From the NCBI GenBank assembly GCA_003164675.1, contig PLTX01000092.1, forward strand, positions 2,296 to 66,295: a stretch of 64,000 nucleotides of DNA. The letters are read 5' to 3'. The notes beneath the pieces were generated by a model, which did not search any database, was not told the origin of the DNA, and saw only the letters and a program-made list of their open reading frames with translations. Positions 36,287 to 48,935 of the stretch are shown in pieces; the first letter of the stretch is position 1; the number at the start of each line of letters is the position of its first letter. The position numbers were made by a program, and so were the translations under genes. The DNA is from Verrucomicrobiota bacterium. Its GTDB lineage: Bacteria > Verrucomicrobiota > Verrucomicrobiia > Palsa-1439.

Positions 36287-37291
36287 GTGGAGTCGGCAAT
36301 CCAATTGAAGATTTTTTCTGGTAATGCCAATCGACCCCTCGCGCAGCGGATCGCCGATTACATCGGCGTGGCGTTGGGCGACGCGTCAGTCTCGTCGTTT
36401 CCCGACGAGGAGACGTTCGTCAAGATCAACGAGAACATCCGCGGGCGGGACGTTTTCATCGTGCAGCCGACGTGTCCCCCGGCGAACCAGCATATAATGG
36501 AGTTGTTGATCATGATCGATGCGTGCCGTCGGGCCAGCGCCCAGCGCATCACGGCGGTGGTGCCGTTCTTTGGATATGCGCGGCAGGATCGCAAGGACCA
36601 GCCGCGGGTGCCGATTACGGCCAAGCTCGTGGCCAACCTGATCACGGCGGCGGGCGCCAACCGGGTGTTGACGCTGGACCTGCACGCGCAGCAGATCATG
36701 GGATTTTTCGACATTCCGGTCGATCATCTTTACGCGGCGCCGGTGATGTACCGGTACTTCAACAAGAAGAAGCTGAAGGATCTGGTGGTGGTTTCGCCGG
36801 ACATCGGCGGCGTGAAGATGGTGCATGCCTACGCAACCCTGTTCCAGGCGCCGCTGGCCATCGTCAACAAGAACCGCAAATCGGCGACCGAAGTCGAGAT
36901 GCTCAGCGTCATCGGCGACGTGGACGGCAAGAACGTGTTACTGGTGGACGATCTGACCGAGACGGCGGGCACGGTGACGCGGGCGGCGGAGATTTTGAAG
37001 AAGCACGGCGCGAAGAAGGTGTATGCGTCGGTGAGCCACGCGGTATTGAACACCGCGGCGATTGACCGGCTCAAGGCGTCGGAGCTGGAGGAACTGGTAA
37101 CGACGGACACGGTGCCGCACTCGAAAGTGAGCGGGTTCAAGCTGACGGAGCTGACCGTGGCGCCATTGCTCGGCGAGGCGATCAAGCGGATCCATGATTC
37201 CGAGTCCGTATCCTCGCTCTTCAATATCAACGGGGAGACACCATCGGATTTGGGCGCGGCGGCCGCGGTACGGGCCACGGAAGTGAACTGA
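36287..37291 (+). CDS. prs: Ribose-phosphate pyrophosphokinase
   Basis: Canonical Prs sequence (KIFSGNANRPLA...FFGYARQDRKD...). Confidence 0.9.
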   Translation: MESAIQLKIFSGNANRPLAQRIADYIGVALGDASVSSFPDEETFVKINENIRGRDVFIVQPTCPPANQHIMELLIMIDACRRASAQRITAVVPFFGYARQDRKDQPRVPITAKLVANLITAAGANRVLTLDLHAQQIMGFFDIPVDHLYAAPVMYRYFNKKKLKDLVVVSPDIGGVKMVHAYATLFQAPLAIVNKNRKSATEVEMLSVIGDVDGKNVLLVDDLTETAGTVTRAAEILKKHGAKKVYASVSHAVLNTAAIDRLKASELEELVTTDTVPHSKVSGFKLTELTVAPLLGEAIKRIHDSESVSSLFNINGETPSDLGAAAAVRATEVN

Positions 37292-37330
37292 GAGGATTTT
37301 GCGATCGGTTGTTTGGAGGAGAAATCTGGT

Positions 37331-38239
37331 ATGGCAAAGAGAGTACAGTTGAAAGCGAAGGCGCGCGCCGGGAGCGGACGGGGCGCGGCGAAACGGTTGC
37401 GGGCTGAGGGAGTGGTTCCCGCCGTGATTTACGGGGCCTGCACGAAGCCGCTCAACGTCGCCGTGGTAGCGGAGGAGTTGGAGAAGGTGCTGCAGGAGGC
37501 GACCAGCGAGAATGTGCTGGTGGATTTGCAGGTGGATGAGGGGGGCACAACGAAGAACCGCCTCGCGCTTATTCAGGAAGTCCAGCATCATCCCTATGAG
37601 GATGTGGTCCTGCACATTGATTTTCATGAGGTGTTGGCAACGGAGAAGTTGCGCGCGCGAGTGCCCGTTCGGCCCGTGGGCGAACCTGCGGGCGTGAAGA
37701 CGGGCGGCGGCGTTCTCGAATATGTGATGCGCGACCTGCACGTCGAATGTCTGCCGCAGGACCTGCCCGAGATAATCGAGGTCAATGTCGAGAAGTTGGA
37801 AATCAGCCAGAGTATCCACGTTGGCGACATTGCGCCGCCGGCGGGTGTGGCGTTGCTCGACAGCAAGGGGCAGACGGTGTTCCTCGTTGTCGCTCCGATC
37901 ACAGAAGAGGAATTGGCTGCAATGACAGAAGCGGCGGCAGCTCCGTCGGCCGAACCTGAAGTCATTACCGCGAAGACGGAAGAGGGCGAGGAAGTCGCCG
38001 TCGCCGAGGGCGAAGCGAAACCGAAAGCAGAAGCCGGCAAAGCTGAGGCAAAGGCCCCGGCGGCTGGAGCGGCTGGCAAAGCCCCCGCAGCCGGTGCGGC
38101 CGGCAAAGCCCCGGCGGCCGGTGCGGGCGGCAAAGCCCCTGCTGCCGGTGCGGCTGGCAAGTCACCGTCGGCCGCGGCTGGGAAGGGCGAAGCCAAACCG
38201 GCAGGCAAACGGGCAGCCAAGCCCGAAGCGAAGAAGTAA
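37331..38239 (+). CDS. rplY: Ribosomal protein L25 / general stress protein Ctc, with a long Ala/Gly/Lys/Pro-rich C-terminal tail
   Basis: L25 N-terminal domain (VQLKAKAR...GVVPAVIYG). Tail built from four KAPAAGAAG repeats. Confidence 0.85.
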   Translation: MAKRVQLKAKARAGSGRGAAKRLRAEGVVPAVIYGACTKPLNVAVVAEELEKVLQEATSENVLVDLQVDEGGTTKNRLALIQEVQHHPYEDVVLHIDFHEVLATEKLRARVPVRPVGEPAGVKTGGGVLEYVMRDLHVECLPQDLPEIIEVNVEKLEISQSIHVGDIAPPAGVALLDSKGQTVFLVVAPITEEELAAMTEAAAAPSAEPEVITAKTEEGEEVAVAEGEAKPKAEAGKAEAKAPAAGAAGKAPAAGAAGKAPAAGAGGKAPAAGAAGKSPSAAAGKGEAKPAGKRAAKPEAKK

Positions 38240-38260
38240 GGCGAGCGAGGCGGCACGACG

Positions 38261-38878
38261 GTGTCGGCCAGGCCAAAGCTGGTGGTGGGGCTGGGAAATC
38301 CCGGCCGGGAATACGATGGCACGCGCCACAACATCGGCTTCGCGGCGCTGGATCGACTTGCGGACAAGTTGAGCTGTTCTTTTCGAAACAAGTCGCGCTT
38401 CCCGGCGCACGTCGCCGAAGCGGAAGCTGGTGATGCCGGCAAGGTTACGCTGGCGAAGCCACAGACGTTCATGAACCGCAGCGGCTCCGCCGTGCAGGCA
38501 TTGCTGGTCTGGCTCAAGATCGAGCCGGCACAGTTGCTGGTAGTAGTGGACGACGCGGATTTGCCACTGGGCCAGATCCGGTTGCGGCTCTCGGGAGGAA
38601 GCGGCGGCCATAACGGTTTGCGCTCGATCATCGAGACGCTGGGCGGTAACGAAGAGTTTGCGCGGCTGCGAATCGGTATCGGACGCAGCGCGCCATTGGG
38701 CACGGACATCACGGGCCATGTGCTCGGCCGGTTCGCGCCGGCGGAGCGCGAGGTTGCGGAGGAGGCCGTGGCGACTGCCGCGGAGACGATGGAGTGTTGC
38801 CTGCGGGATGGCATCGCGGAGGCCATGAATCGGTTTAATCGGAAAAGTCTGCGCCCGGGCGCGGAAGAAGGAGACTAG
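38261..38878 (+). CDS. pth: Peptidyl-tRNA hydrolase
   Basis: LVVGLGNPGREYDGTRHNIGF. GTG start. Confidence 0.9.
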   Translation: MSARPKLVVGLGNPGREYDGTRHNIGFAALDRLADKLSCSFRNKSRFPAHVAEAEAGDAGKVTLAKPQTFMNRSGSAVQALLVWLKIEPAQLLVVVDDADLPLGQIRLRLSGGSGGHNGLRSIIETLGGNEEFARLRIGIGRSAPLGTDITGHVLGRFAPAEREVAEEAVATAAETMECCLRDGIAEAMNRFNRKSLRPGAEEGD

Positions 38879-38881
38879 AGG

Positions 38882-39220
38882 TTGAAGACATACGAAGGAT
38901 TGTTTATTCTGGACGACGGCGGCAAGGAAGAGGTGTCCAAGGAACTGGTGGACAAGCTCCAAAAGAGCATCGAACACGCGGGAGGACGCGTGGACAAGGT
39001 GCAGCGCATGGGCGCGCGGCCATTCGCGCGCGATACGCGCAAGCGCAGCTCGGGGTTTTATGTGAATTTCATTTTCGATGCCCCGTCGACAACGATTGCG
39101 GAATTGGACGCCAAGCTCCACCTGGAGACGGAAGTGTTCCGGTGGCAGTTTACCGAGGCGATCGAGCCACCGGTGCGCAAGCCGCGCAAGATTCCGACCA
39201 CGGGCGTGGTCGAGAAATAG
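38882..39220 (+). CDS. rpsF: Ribosomal protein S6
   Basis: KTYEGLFIL... Heads the rpsF-ssb-rpsR-rplI gene order. TTG start. Confidence 0.8.
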   Translation: MKTYEGLFILDDGGKEEVSKELVDKLQKSIEHAGGRVDKVQRMGARPFARDTRKRSSGFYVNFIFDAPSTTIAELDAKLHLETEVFRWQFTEAIEPPVRKPRKIPTTGVVEK

Positions 39221-39225
39221 GGACC

Positions 39226-39708
39226 ATGGCTTCGTACAACAAGGTGTTGTTGATGGGAAACCTGACGCGTGATCCCGAAGTGCGGTACACGCCCAAAGGC
39301 ACGGCCATTGCCAATCTCGGTCTTGCGGTGAACCGTCGCTGGACGACGGAAACCGGGGAGCAAAAGGAGGAAGTTACCTTCCTGGATATCGAAGTATGGG
39401 GACGGCAGGCGGAAACCGTTGGTCAGTACCTTTCGAAGGGAAAGCCGATTTTCGTAGAAGGGCGCCTCAGATTGGACAGTTGGGACGACAAAGAATCGGG
39501 ACAGAAGAAATCGAAGCTGAAAGTTGTCTGCGAACGCTTTCAGTTCATCGGAGCACCCGGCGGACGACAGGAGTTTAAGGATCAGCCGCCGTCAGATGAA
39601 GGAGCGGCGCGGCCGTCGGGTCGCGGCCAGCGCCCAGCGGCGCCACCGCCGCCGGACAAGGGAGAACCGGAACCACCGGCCGCCGAGGACGACAACATCC
39701 CGTTTTGA
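39226..39708 (+). CDS. ssb: Single-stranded DNA-binding protein
   Basis: OB-fold (VLLMGNLTRDPEVRYT). Acidic C-terminus DDNIPF. Confidence 0.9.
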   Translation: MASYNKVLLMGNLTRDPEVRYTPKGTAIANLGLAVNRRWTTETGEQKEEVTFLDIEVWGRQAETVGQYLSKGKPIFVEGRLRLDSWDDKESGQKKSKLKVVCERFQFIGAPGGRQEFKDQPPSDEGAARPSGRGQRPAAPPPPDKGEPEPPAAEDDNIPF

Positions 39709-39750
39709 GCCGGCCGTCAGAACATCTAAATCAATTAGGAAAACCGAGCG

Positions 39751-40014
39751 ATGATGGAAAGAAATTTTGAAAGTCGGGAGCCCCGAGAGGGCCGGGACGG
39801 CAAACGGTCGAAGCGGGATATCATTGTCAAGCGCGACTGCAAGTTGTGCATGGACCAGATCGACATCGATTACAAGCAGGCGGATTTGCTGAAGAAATTC
39901 ATGACGGAACGGGGCAAGATTTTGCCGCGACGGATTTCCGGCAATTGCGCCAAGCACCAGCGGCAACTGGCCACGGCGATCAAACGCGCGCGCATCATGT
40001 TACTTGTGCGCTAG
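39751..40014 (+). CDS. rpsR: Ribosomal protein S18
   Basis: [43 protein letters not shown]. Confidence 0.9.
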   Translation: MMERNFESREPREGRDGKRSKRDIIVKRDCKLCMDQIDIDYKQADLLKKFMTERGKILPRRISGNCAKHQRQLATAIKRARIMLLVR

Positions 40015-40032
40015 GACGGAGTCACCACCACC

Positions 40033-40566
40033 ATGAGCAAACAAGTCATTTTGACCGCCCTCGTTGACAACCTGGGGGCCGAAGGCGATACGGTCACGGT
40101 CGCCGACGGGTACGCGAGGAACTTTTTGATCCCGAAAGGGCTGGCGATGCCGGCCACGCCGGGCAACCTGCGTCGAGTGGAATCGCTGCGCAAGAAGCGC
40201 GAGGCTTCACTCGCGGCTCAACTGGAAGACGCGAAGACAGCGGTCACGCAGTTGGTGAAGCAGTCCTACACCATCACGGCGGCGGCGGGAGAAGACGGCA
40301 AGTTGTACGGGTCCGTCACGTCGACCGACATTTCGGATGCGCTGAAGAGGGAAGGGATCGAGGTGGATCGGCGAAAGATCGTGCTGGAGCACGCGATCCG
40401 GGAACTGGGCGTGTACGATGTCGATGTGAAGCTTCATCCCGAGGTGGTGACCAAGGTGAAGATCTGGGTGGTCGGCCCCGAAGGCGAAGGAGTCCCCGCG
40501 AAGAAGCCGGCGGCGGCGGACGAAAAAGCTGGTAAGAAGACGACGAAAGCCGATAGAAAGAAATAG
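40033..40566 (+). CDS. rplI: Ribosomal protein L9
   Basis: VILTALVDNLGAEGDTVTVADGYARNFLIPKGLA. Confidence 0.9.
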   Translation: MSKQVILTALVDNLGAEGDTVTVADGYARNFLIPKGLAMPATPGNLRRVESLRKKREASLAAQLEDAKTAVTQLVKQSYTITAAAGEDGKLYGSVTSTDISDALKREGIEVDRRKIVLEHAIRELGVYDVDVKLHPEVVTKVKIWVVGPEGEGVPAKKPAAADEKAGKKTTKADRKK

Positions 40567-40593
40567 CCGCACGAGTTTTGTGGGGACGGCTAT

Positions 40594-42096
40594 ATGGCTT
40601 TGACCAACCCTCTTGCATCCGAAATCGCCTCCCAGGCAGGAGGGGCCGGCGCGACATCGAGCCGCGATTCGGGACGAGCGGCGGCGTTTGGGAAGGGGAA
40701 GTCGGCTCCTGTTCTCGCCCTGGATCGGGTTTTGCCAAACAGTCTCGACGCCGAGATGGCCGTCCTGGGGGCGATGTTGCTCAGCCCTACCGAGGCCGGC
40801 TCGGAGATTCGCGATCGGCTCAGCGAAAATCATTTCTACTATTCCGCGCACCAGGCCATTTTTCGCGAAATTTCGGCGTTGCAAGACGCGTTGCAGGCGG
40901 TGGATCTCATTACGCTGACGCAGCGGCTGCGGGACAAGAACCAGCTTGAGGAGATTGGCGGGCCGTCCTACCTGAGCGATTTGATCACTCGCGTGCCGAC
41001 CACCACCAACGTCGAGCACTACATTGACATCGTTTGGGAGAAGAGCCAATTGCGCCAGCTCATCGGCGCGGCGCACGAGGTCATTTCGCGGTCATTTGAA
41101 CAGCAGGACGACGTCAAAGCGTGGATCGACGAGGCCGAGCAGCGGATTTTCAATATTACCGCGGAGAAGACCGGCGACGTGATCAAGCCGGCCAAACCTC
41201 TCGTCATGGATGCCATGTCGAGCATCGAGCGGATGTACGAGAAACGTGGCGAAGTGATGGGTCTGGCGACCGGGTTTCGCGAGTTGGACAAGAAGACGTC
41301 GGGCCTGCACGACGGCAATCTGGTCATCGTGGCGGGTCGTCCTTCCATGGGAAAGACCGCGCTGGCGATGAACATTGTAGAAAACGTTGCAGTCGACCGC
41401 AATCTACCCGTCGGCGTGTTTAGCTTGGAAATGTCCGGGCAGGAACTGATCACCCGTATGCTGTGCTCGCGGGCTGAGGTGAACCTGCGATCGCTTCACA
41501 ATGGATTTCCGTCGGACAGGGATCACCACCAATTGACAGCTGTGGCCAGTCAGTTGATGAAAGCGCCATTGTATATCGACGACTCGGCGGGCTTGACGGT
41601 CAATCAGGTGCGCGCGCGCGCGCGGCGGATGAAGCAGCAGTACAAGATTCGGTTGCTGGTGATCGACTACATGCAATTGATGCGGGCGCCGTCCCGGCGC
41701 GCGGAGAGCAGCCGGCAGGCCGAGGTGGCCGATATTTCCGCCGGGGTGAAGGCGTTGGCCAAGGAATTAAGCATTCCCATCCTTGTGCTGAGCCAGCTGA
41801 ACCGGCAGCCGGAATCGAGGGATGAGGGTACGCCGCGGCTGGCCGACCTTCGTGAATCCGGGGCGATTGAGCAGGACGCTGATGTGGTAGGACTGTTGGT
41901 GCGGCCCGAGGTGTACGAGGACAACGAAGACAAGCAGAAGGAGATGAAGGGCCAAGCGAGCCTGATCATTGCCAAGCAGCGAAACGGGCCGACGGGGAAG
42001 ATCGAATTGGTTTTCCGCGGTGAGTTTACGCGGTTTGAAGATCAGGCGAGGGTAGACGAGGGAGATATTCCGAGTTCTGAAAGGGGCGAAGAATGA
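40594..42096 (+). CDS. dnaB: Replicative DNA helicase DnaB
   Basis: N-terminal DnaB domain plus a RecA-like domain (GRPSMGKTALAMN, Walker B, arginine finger). No intein. Confidence 0.9.
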   Translation: MALTNPLASEIASQAGGAGATSSRDSGRAAAFGKGKSAPVLALDRVLPNSLDAEMAVLGAMLLSPTEAGSEIRDRLSENHFYYSAHQAIFREISALQDALQAVDLITLTQRLRDKNQLEEIGGPSYLSDLITRVPTTTNVEHYIDIVWEKSQLRQLIGAAHEVISRSFEQQDDVKAWIDEAEQRIFNITAEKTGDVIKPAKPLVMDAMSSIERMYEKRGEVMGLATGFRELDKKTSGLHDGNLVIVAGRPSMGKTALAMNIVENVAVDRNLPVGVFSLEMSGQELITRMLCSRAEVNLRSLHNGFPSDRDHHQLTAVASQLMKAPLYIDDSAGLTVNQVRARARRMKQQYKIRLLVIDYMQLMRAPSRRAESSRQAEVADISAGVKALAKELSIPILVLSQLNRQPESRDEGTPRLADLRESGAIEQDADVVGLLVRPEVYEDNEDKQKEMKGQASLIIAKQRNGPTGKIELVFRGEFTRFEDQARVDEGDIPSSERGEE

Positions 42097-44468
42097 GGCG
42101 GCTGGAGTGGTCACTCCTGCTGTTCCTCGCTGTGGCGGTTGTGAGTTCGGGTTCCCGGGCCCAGGATGCCGGGGAAGAGGATATTGTTCGGGCTATTGAA
42201 ATCCGCTTTGTTGGCCCCGAAACCGTCAACCGTTCGCTCGTCACGGCCAATATCCAGACCGCTGTGGGCAAACCACGGTCCCGGGACATGATCGAACAGG
42301 ATGTCCGCAACCTCATCAACACCGGCTATTTCTTTGACGTGCGCGTGCTGGAGGAGCCTGTGGTTGATGGCGTGCGGATCGTCTTTCAGGTCCAGGGCAA
42401 AGCCACGATCAAAGAGATCACCATTGAGGGGGAGAAGCGGTTCAAGGACGAGCGTCTGCGGCGGGAATGTTCCCAGAAGGTGGGGGACAGTCTGGATGAG
42501 CGCAAGGCGCACGACGACGCCCAGAAGATGCAGGATTTGTATCAGAAGGCTGGCTATCCGGATGTCAAGGTCACCTACGAAGTCGGACTGGACAAGGACA
42601 CTGGCAAGGCGATCCTCAAATTCAAGGTCCAAGAGGGTGAACGGGTGTTTATCAAGGCGATCAAGTTCACCGGCAACAAGGCCTATACCGACCAGCGTCT
42701 GTGCAAGTTGTTGAAAACGCGGCGGCGTTGGTGGGGTTCCTGGCTGGCGGGGACGGGTGTGTTGAAAGCGGAAGACTTCAAAGAAGACCTCGATAAACTT
42801 CGCGAGCATTACCATTCCAACGGCTACATTGATATGGACATTCGCGGGACGCGGATCCAGCGCGTCAGTGCCAGGTGGATGGAGGTCCACATCGACCTGT
42901 TCGAGGGTGCGCAGTACAAGGTTGGCGCCATTGCCATCAGTGGCAACCGGCTGTTTCCGACCACGGAGCTGGAGAAACAGATCAAGATGACGACGGGGAA
43001 GACGTTCACCCCCGCCGGGATGTCAGCCGACCAGAAGGCCCTCGGTGATTACTATGGGGCACGCGGCTACCTGGACACGGATGTGCGCCCGATCCGGGCG
43101 CCCAACGTTGAGACGGGTCGGATTGACATTACGTACGCCATTCGGGAGGGGGAGTTGACCTACATCGAGAAGATCGAGATTCGCGGTAACGCGAAGACCA
43201 AGGACAAGGTGATTCGCCGCGAACTGGCGGTGCATCCCGGGGAAATCTACGACACCGTGCGCGTCGATCGCAGCGTCGATCGCCTCAAGAACCTCGGATA
43301 TTTTTCCAAAGTGGAAGCCGATCCCGAACCCACCGACGTACCCAACCACAAGGATCTGGCGATCAACCTCGAGGAGCAACGCACGGGCTCGGTCAATTTC
43401 GGGGCAGGCTTCAGTTCGGTGGACAGCCTGATTGGGTTCGTGGAAATGACGCAGGGCAACTTTGATTTGTTCAACTGGCCCGCGTTTACGGGTGGCGGCG
43501 AGAAACTTCGCCTGCGTTTGCAGGTGGGCTTGAAACGGCAGGACGAGATTCTGTCGTTTGTCGAGCCATGGTTTCTCGATAAGAAGCTGTCCCTGGGGTT
43601 CGAACTGTTTCACCATGCAGCCAATTACCTGAGCACGGAATACAACGAACAGAGCACGGGCGCGTCACTATCGCTGGAGAAAGCGTTCACCGAGTTTTTG
43701 CGCGGGCAGATTCAATACGGCATCCAGTATATTTCCATCAGTGTCGACAAGTCAGCCTCGCCGGAGTTGCAGTCGCAAGACAGTTCGTATCTTCGCAGTT
43801 CGATTTCCGGCACGGTTACGTATGATACGCGCGACAGCGTCTTCCTGACGACGCGTGGGAGCCGCACGGAGGTAAACGCCGAGGTGGCCGGCGGGGGCCT
43901 GGGTGGCGACATCAACGTGTACAAGCTGAACTTCCAGAGTTCGGTGTTTTTCCCGTTGCCCAACCAGCAAGTGTTCGAGTTGCTCGGGGCAGCCAGAGTG
44001 GTGGATGCGTTTGGTTCGACGGAGGGCAACGGCACGAACGTCGAGGAGACGATCGTCACTGGCAATGAGCCGAAGCGATCGGTGTGGCGACGGGTGGACC
44101 CCGTGCCCGTCTTTGATCGTCTGTTTCTCGGTGGGGCCAATACGCTGCGGGGTTTCGCTTTTCGCAACGTCGGCCCGAAGGATGTCGATGGTCAACCTGT
44201 GGGGGGGAATACGTCCATCAGCGGGACCGCCGAGTACAGTTATCCGATCATCGAGCGCGTGCGGGGCGCGTTTTTCTTCGACGTCGGTGACGTCTATCGC
44301 GACGCGTATGAAGTCACGGTGAGCGACTTGAAGTCCGACGCGGGCATCGGTCTGCGGCTGAACCTGCCCATTGGGCCGCTACGACTGGATTACGGCTACC
44401 CGATCATGACCGACAAGCAGACGGGACGGGTCGGAAAATTTCAGTTTAGTGTTGGCTACCAGTTCTGA
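42093..44468 (+). CDS. bamA: Outer-membrane protein assembly factor BamA (Omp85)
   Basis: Signal peptide, POTRA repeats and a C-terminal 16-strand barrel ending ...FSVGYQF. Confidence 0.85.
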   Translation: MRRLEWSLLLFLAVAVVSSGSRAQDAGEEDIVRAIEIRFVGPETVNRSLVTANIQTAVGKPRSRDMIEQDVRNLINTGYFFDVRVLEEPVVDGVRIVFQVQGKATIKEITIEGEKRFKDERLRRECSQKVGDSLDERKAHDDAQKMQDLYQKAGYPDVKVTYEVGLDKDTGKAILKFKVQEGERVFIKAIKFTGNKAYTDQRLCKLLKTRRRWWGSWLAGTGVLKAEDFKEDLDKLREHYHSNGYIDMDIRGTRIQRVSARWMEVHIDLFEGAQYKVGAIAISGNRLFPTTELEKQIKMTTGKTFTPAGMSADQKALGDYYGARGYLDTDVRPIRAPNVETGRIDITYAIREGELTYIEKIEIRGNAKTKDKVIRRELAVHPGEIYDTVRVDRSVDRLKNLGYFSKVEADPEPTDVPNHKDLAINLEEQRTGSVNFGAGFSSVDSLIGFVEMTQGNFDLFNWPAFTGGGEKLRLRLQVGLKRQDEILSFVEPWFLDKKLSLGFELFHHAANYLSTEYNEQSTGASLSLEKAFTEFLRGQIQYGIQYISISVDKSASPELQSQDSSYLRSSISGTVTYDTRDSVFLTTRGSRTEVNAEVAGGGLGGDINVYKLNFQSSVFFPLPNQQVFELLGAARVVDAFGSTEGNGTNVEETIVTGNEPKRSVWRRVDPVPVFDRLFLGGANTLRGFAFRNVGPKDVDGQPVGGNTSISGTAEYSYPIIERVRGAFFFDVGDVYRDAYEVTVSDLKSDAGIGLRLNLPIGPLRLDYGYPIMTDKQTGRVGKFQFSVGYQF

Positions 44469-44521
44469 TATACTGGAGACTGTAAACGGAAAGGAACGAC
44501 AGAAAGGTTAGCGGAGACAAA

Positions 44522-45148
44522 ATGAAGAACACCATTGCTGCATTCATCACCATCGCTGCGCTGGGGCTGGCATTGACTGCATCGGCGCAGACACCGGCGG
44601 GCCGCATCGTTACGATCGACTTGAACAAGGTTTTCAATGATTACTACAAGACGCCGATGGCGTCGGCCAAGCTCAAGGAGACCGCGGATTCGTTCAACAA
44701 AGAGCACGACGATATGATGGCCAATTACAAGAAAGAGATCGACGAGCTCAACAAATTGCGCGACGACCAGGACAAGCCGGAGTACACGGCCGAGGTTCGC
44801 GAACAGAAACGCAAAGCGGTGGCGGACAAGTTGACCGGGGCCCAGAAGCTGCAACGCGACATTGAGGAATACCGCACGAGCCACCGCAAGATTCTCGAGG
44901 AGCAGACCCAGCGGATGCGTCAGTCGATCCTCAAGGAAGTCCAGGACGTGGTCGAGAAGGAAGCTCGCGACGCCGGCTACCTACTGGTCGTCGATAAATC
45001 CGGCAACACACTCAACGGCGTGCCGGCGATTGTGTTCAGCCAGGCTTCGCTGGAAATCACCGGCGACATCACCAAGATTCTGAACAAGAACCAGCCGGCA
45101 GGAGGAGCCGCGCCCACGCCAACCGACAGCAAGGGCAGCACGAAGTAA
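44522..45148 (+). CDS. skp: Periplasmic chaperone Skp (OmpH)
   Basis: Signal peptide. Coiled-coil Lys/Glu-rich OmpH family. Sits between bamA and lpxD. Confidence 0.75.
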   Translation: MKNTIAAFITIAALGLALTASAQTPAGRIVTIDLNKVFNDYYKTPMASAKLKETADSFNKEHDDMMANYKKEIDELNKLRDDQDKPEYTAEVREQKRKAVADKLTGAQKLQRDIEEYRTSHRKILEEQTQRMRQSILKEVQDVVEKEARDAGYLLVVDKSGNTLNGVPAIVFSQASLEITGDITKILNKNQPAGGAAPTPTDSKGSTK

Positions 45149-45150
45149 GT

Positions 45151-46152
45151 GTGCAGCTGACAGCACGCGATATTGCGCGGATGGTTCGTGGCGAGCTATC
45201 CGGCAACCCCGATCAGGTGGTGACCGGGCTCGCTGGCTTGCGTGAGGCCATGCCGCACGATGTGAGCTTTCTGGCCAACCCCAAGTACCAGGCGGCGGTG
45301 AAGGCGACGCGCGCCTGCGTGCTGATCGCCGCCAGGGATCTTCAGGTTGACTTTGATGGGGTGGTTATCCGTGTCGACAATCCTTCGGAAGCATTTGCCG
45401 AGTTGGTCCGCCAGGTTGCACCCCCGCCGATAACGTTCCGGCCGGGCATTCATCCAACGGCGGTCGTGGCCTCGACCGCCCGACTGGGCAAGGACGTATC
45501 CGTCCAGCCGCACGCCGTGATTGAGGACCGTGTCGTGATTGGCGACCGCACGGTAATCGGGGCCGGTAATTATATCGGCCACGAGAGCCGCGTGGGATCC
45601 GACTGCCTGTTCTACGCGAATATCAGCCTTCGCGAACGGACGAATGTCGGGGACCGCGTGATACTGCATTCTGGTGTTGTACTGGGCGCGGACGGTTTCG
45701 GTTATGAGGAGGTGGGGGGCACGCACAAGAAGATCCCCCAGGTGGGCAGCGTGGAGATTGGGGATGACGTTGAGATCGGCGCGAACACGGCGATCGATCG
45801 CGGGCGGTTCGGGCGGACACGAATTGGTAAGGGGACCAAGATCGACAATCTGGTGCAGATTGGCCACAACTGCGTGATTGGCGATCACTGCATCATTTGC
45901 GGGTTGGTGGGCATTGCCGGCAGCACGATCATCGGTAATCACGTGACTTTGGCCGGGCAGGTCGGCATTGCGGGGCATCTGACCATCGGCGACAAGAGCA
46001 TCATCATGGCGCAAGCCGGGGTGACAAAAGACGTTCCTCCCGGCTCGATCATGCTGGGCGCGCCGGCGGTTCCCCATAAAGAATTCAAGCGAGTGAACGC
46101 GGCCATCCAACGGCTGCCGGAAATACTCGCCAAGTTTCACGATCTGAAATAG
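45151..46152 (+). CDS. lpxD: UDP-3-O-acylglucosamine N-acyltransferase
   Basis: Left-handed beta-helix hexapeptide repeats. N-terminal LpxD domain. Conserved bamA-skp-lpxD gene order. Confidence 0.85.
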   Translation: MQLTARDIARMVRGELSGNPDQVVTGLAGLREAMPHDVSFLANPKYQAAVKATRACVLIAARDLQVDFDGVVIRVDNPSEAFAELVRQVAPPPITFRPGIHPTAVVASTARLGKDVSVQPHAVIEDRVVIGDRTVIGAGNYIGHESRVGSDCLFYANISLRERTNVGDRVILHSGVVLGADGFGYEEVGGTHKKIPQVGSVEIGDDVEIGANTAIDRGRFGRTRIGKGTKIDNLVQIGHNCVIGDHCIICGLVGIAGSTIIGNHVTLAGQVGIAGHLTIGDKSIIMAQAGVTKDVPPGSIMLGAPAVPHKEFKRVNAAIQRLPEILAKFHDLK

Positions 46153-46317
46153 GCGCGCGTTGAAATGCGGGTGTTGCGCGTGTCACGGCTCGGTGGTGTG
46201 ACAGGTTGGTGTTGTCGACTGTGACATCGCGGGTCGATTGTGACAGACTGCTCCGAGTTCGGTTCGCAAAACCCGCGCCGGCACGACAATTCGCGTCATG
46301 GCATCTCGTGTGCTAAG

Positions 46318-48915
<2,598 letters not shown>

Positions 48916-48935
48916 TCCCGAGTCGAGAGGCTGTT

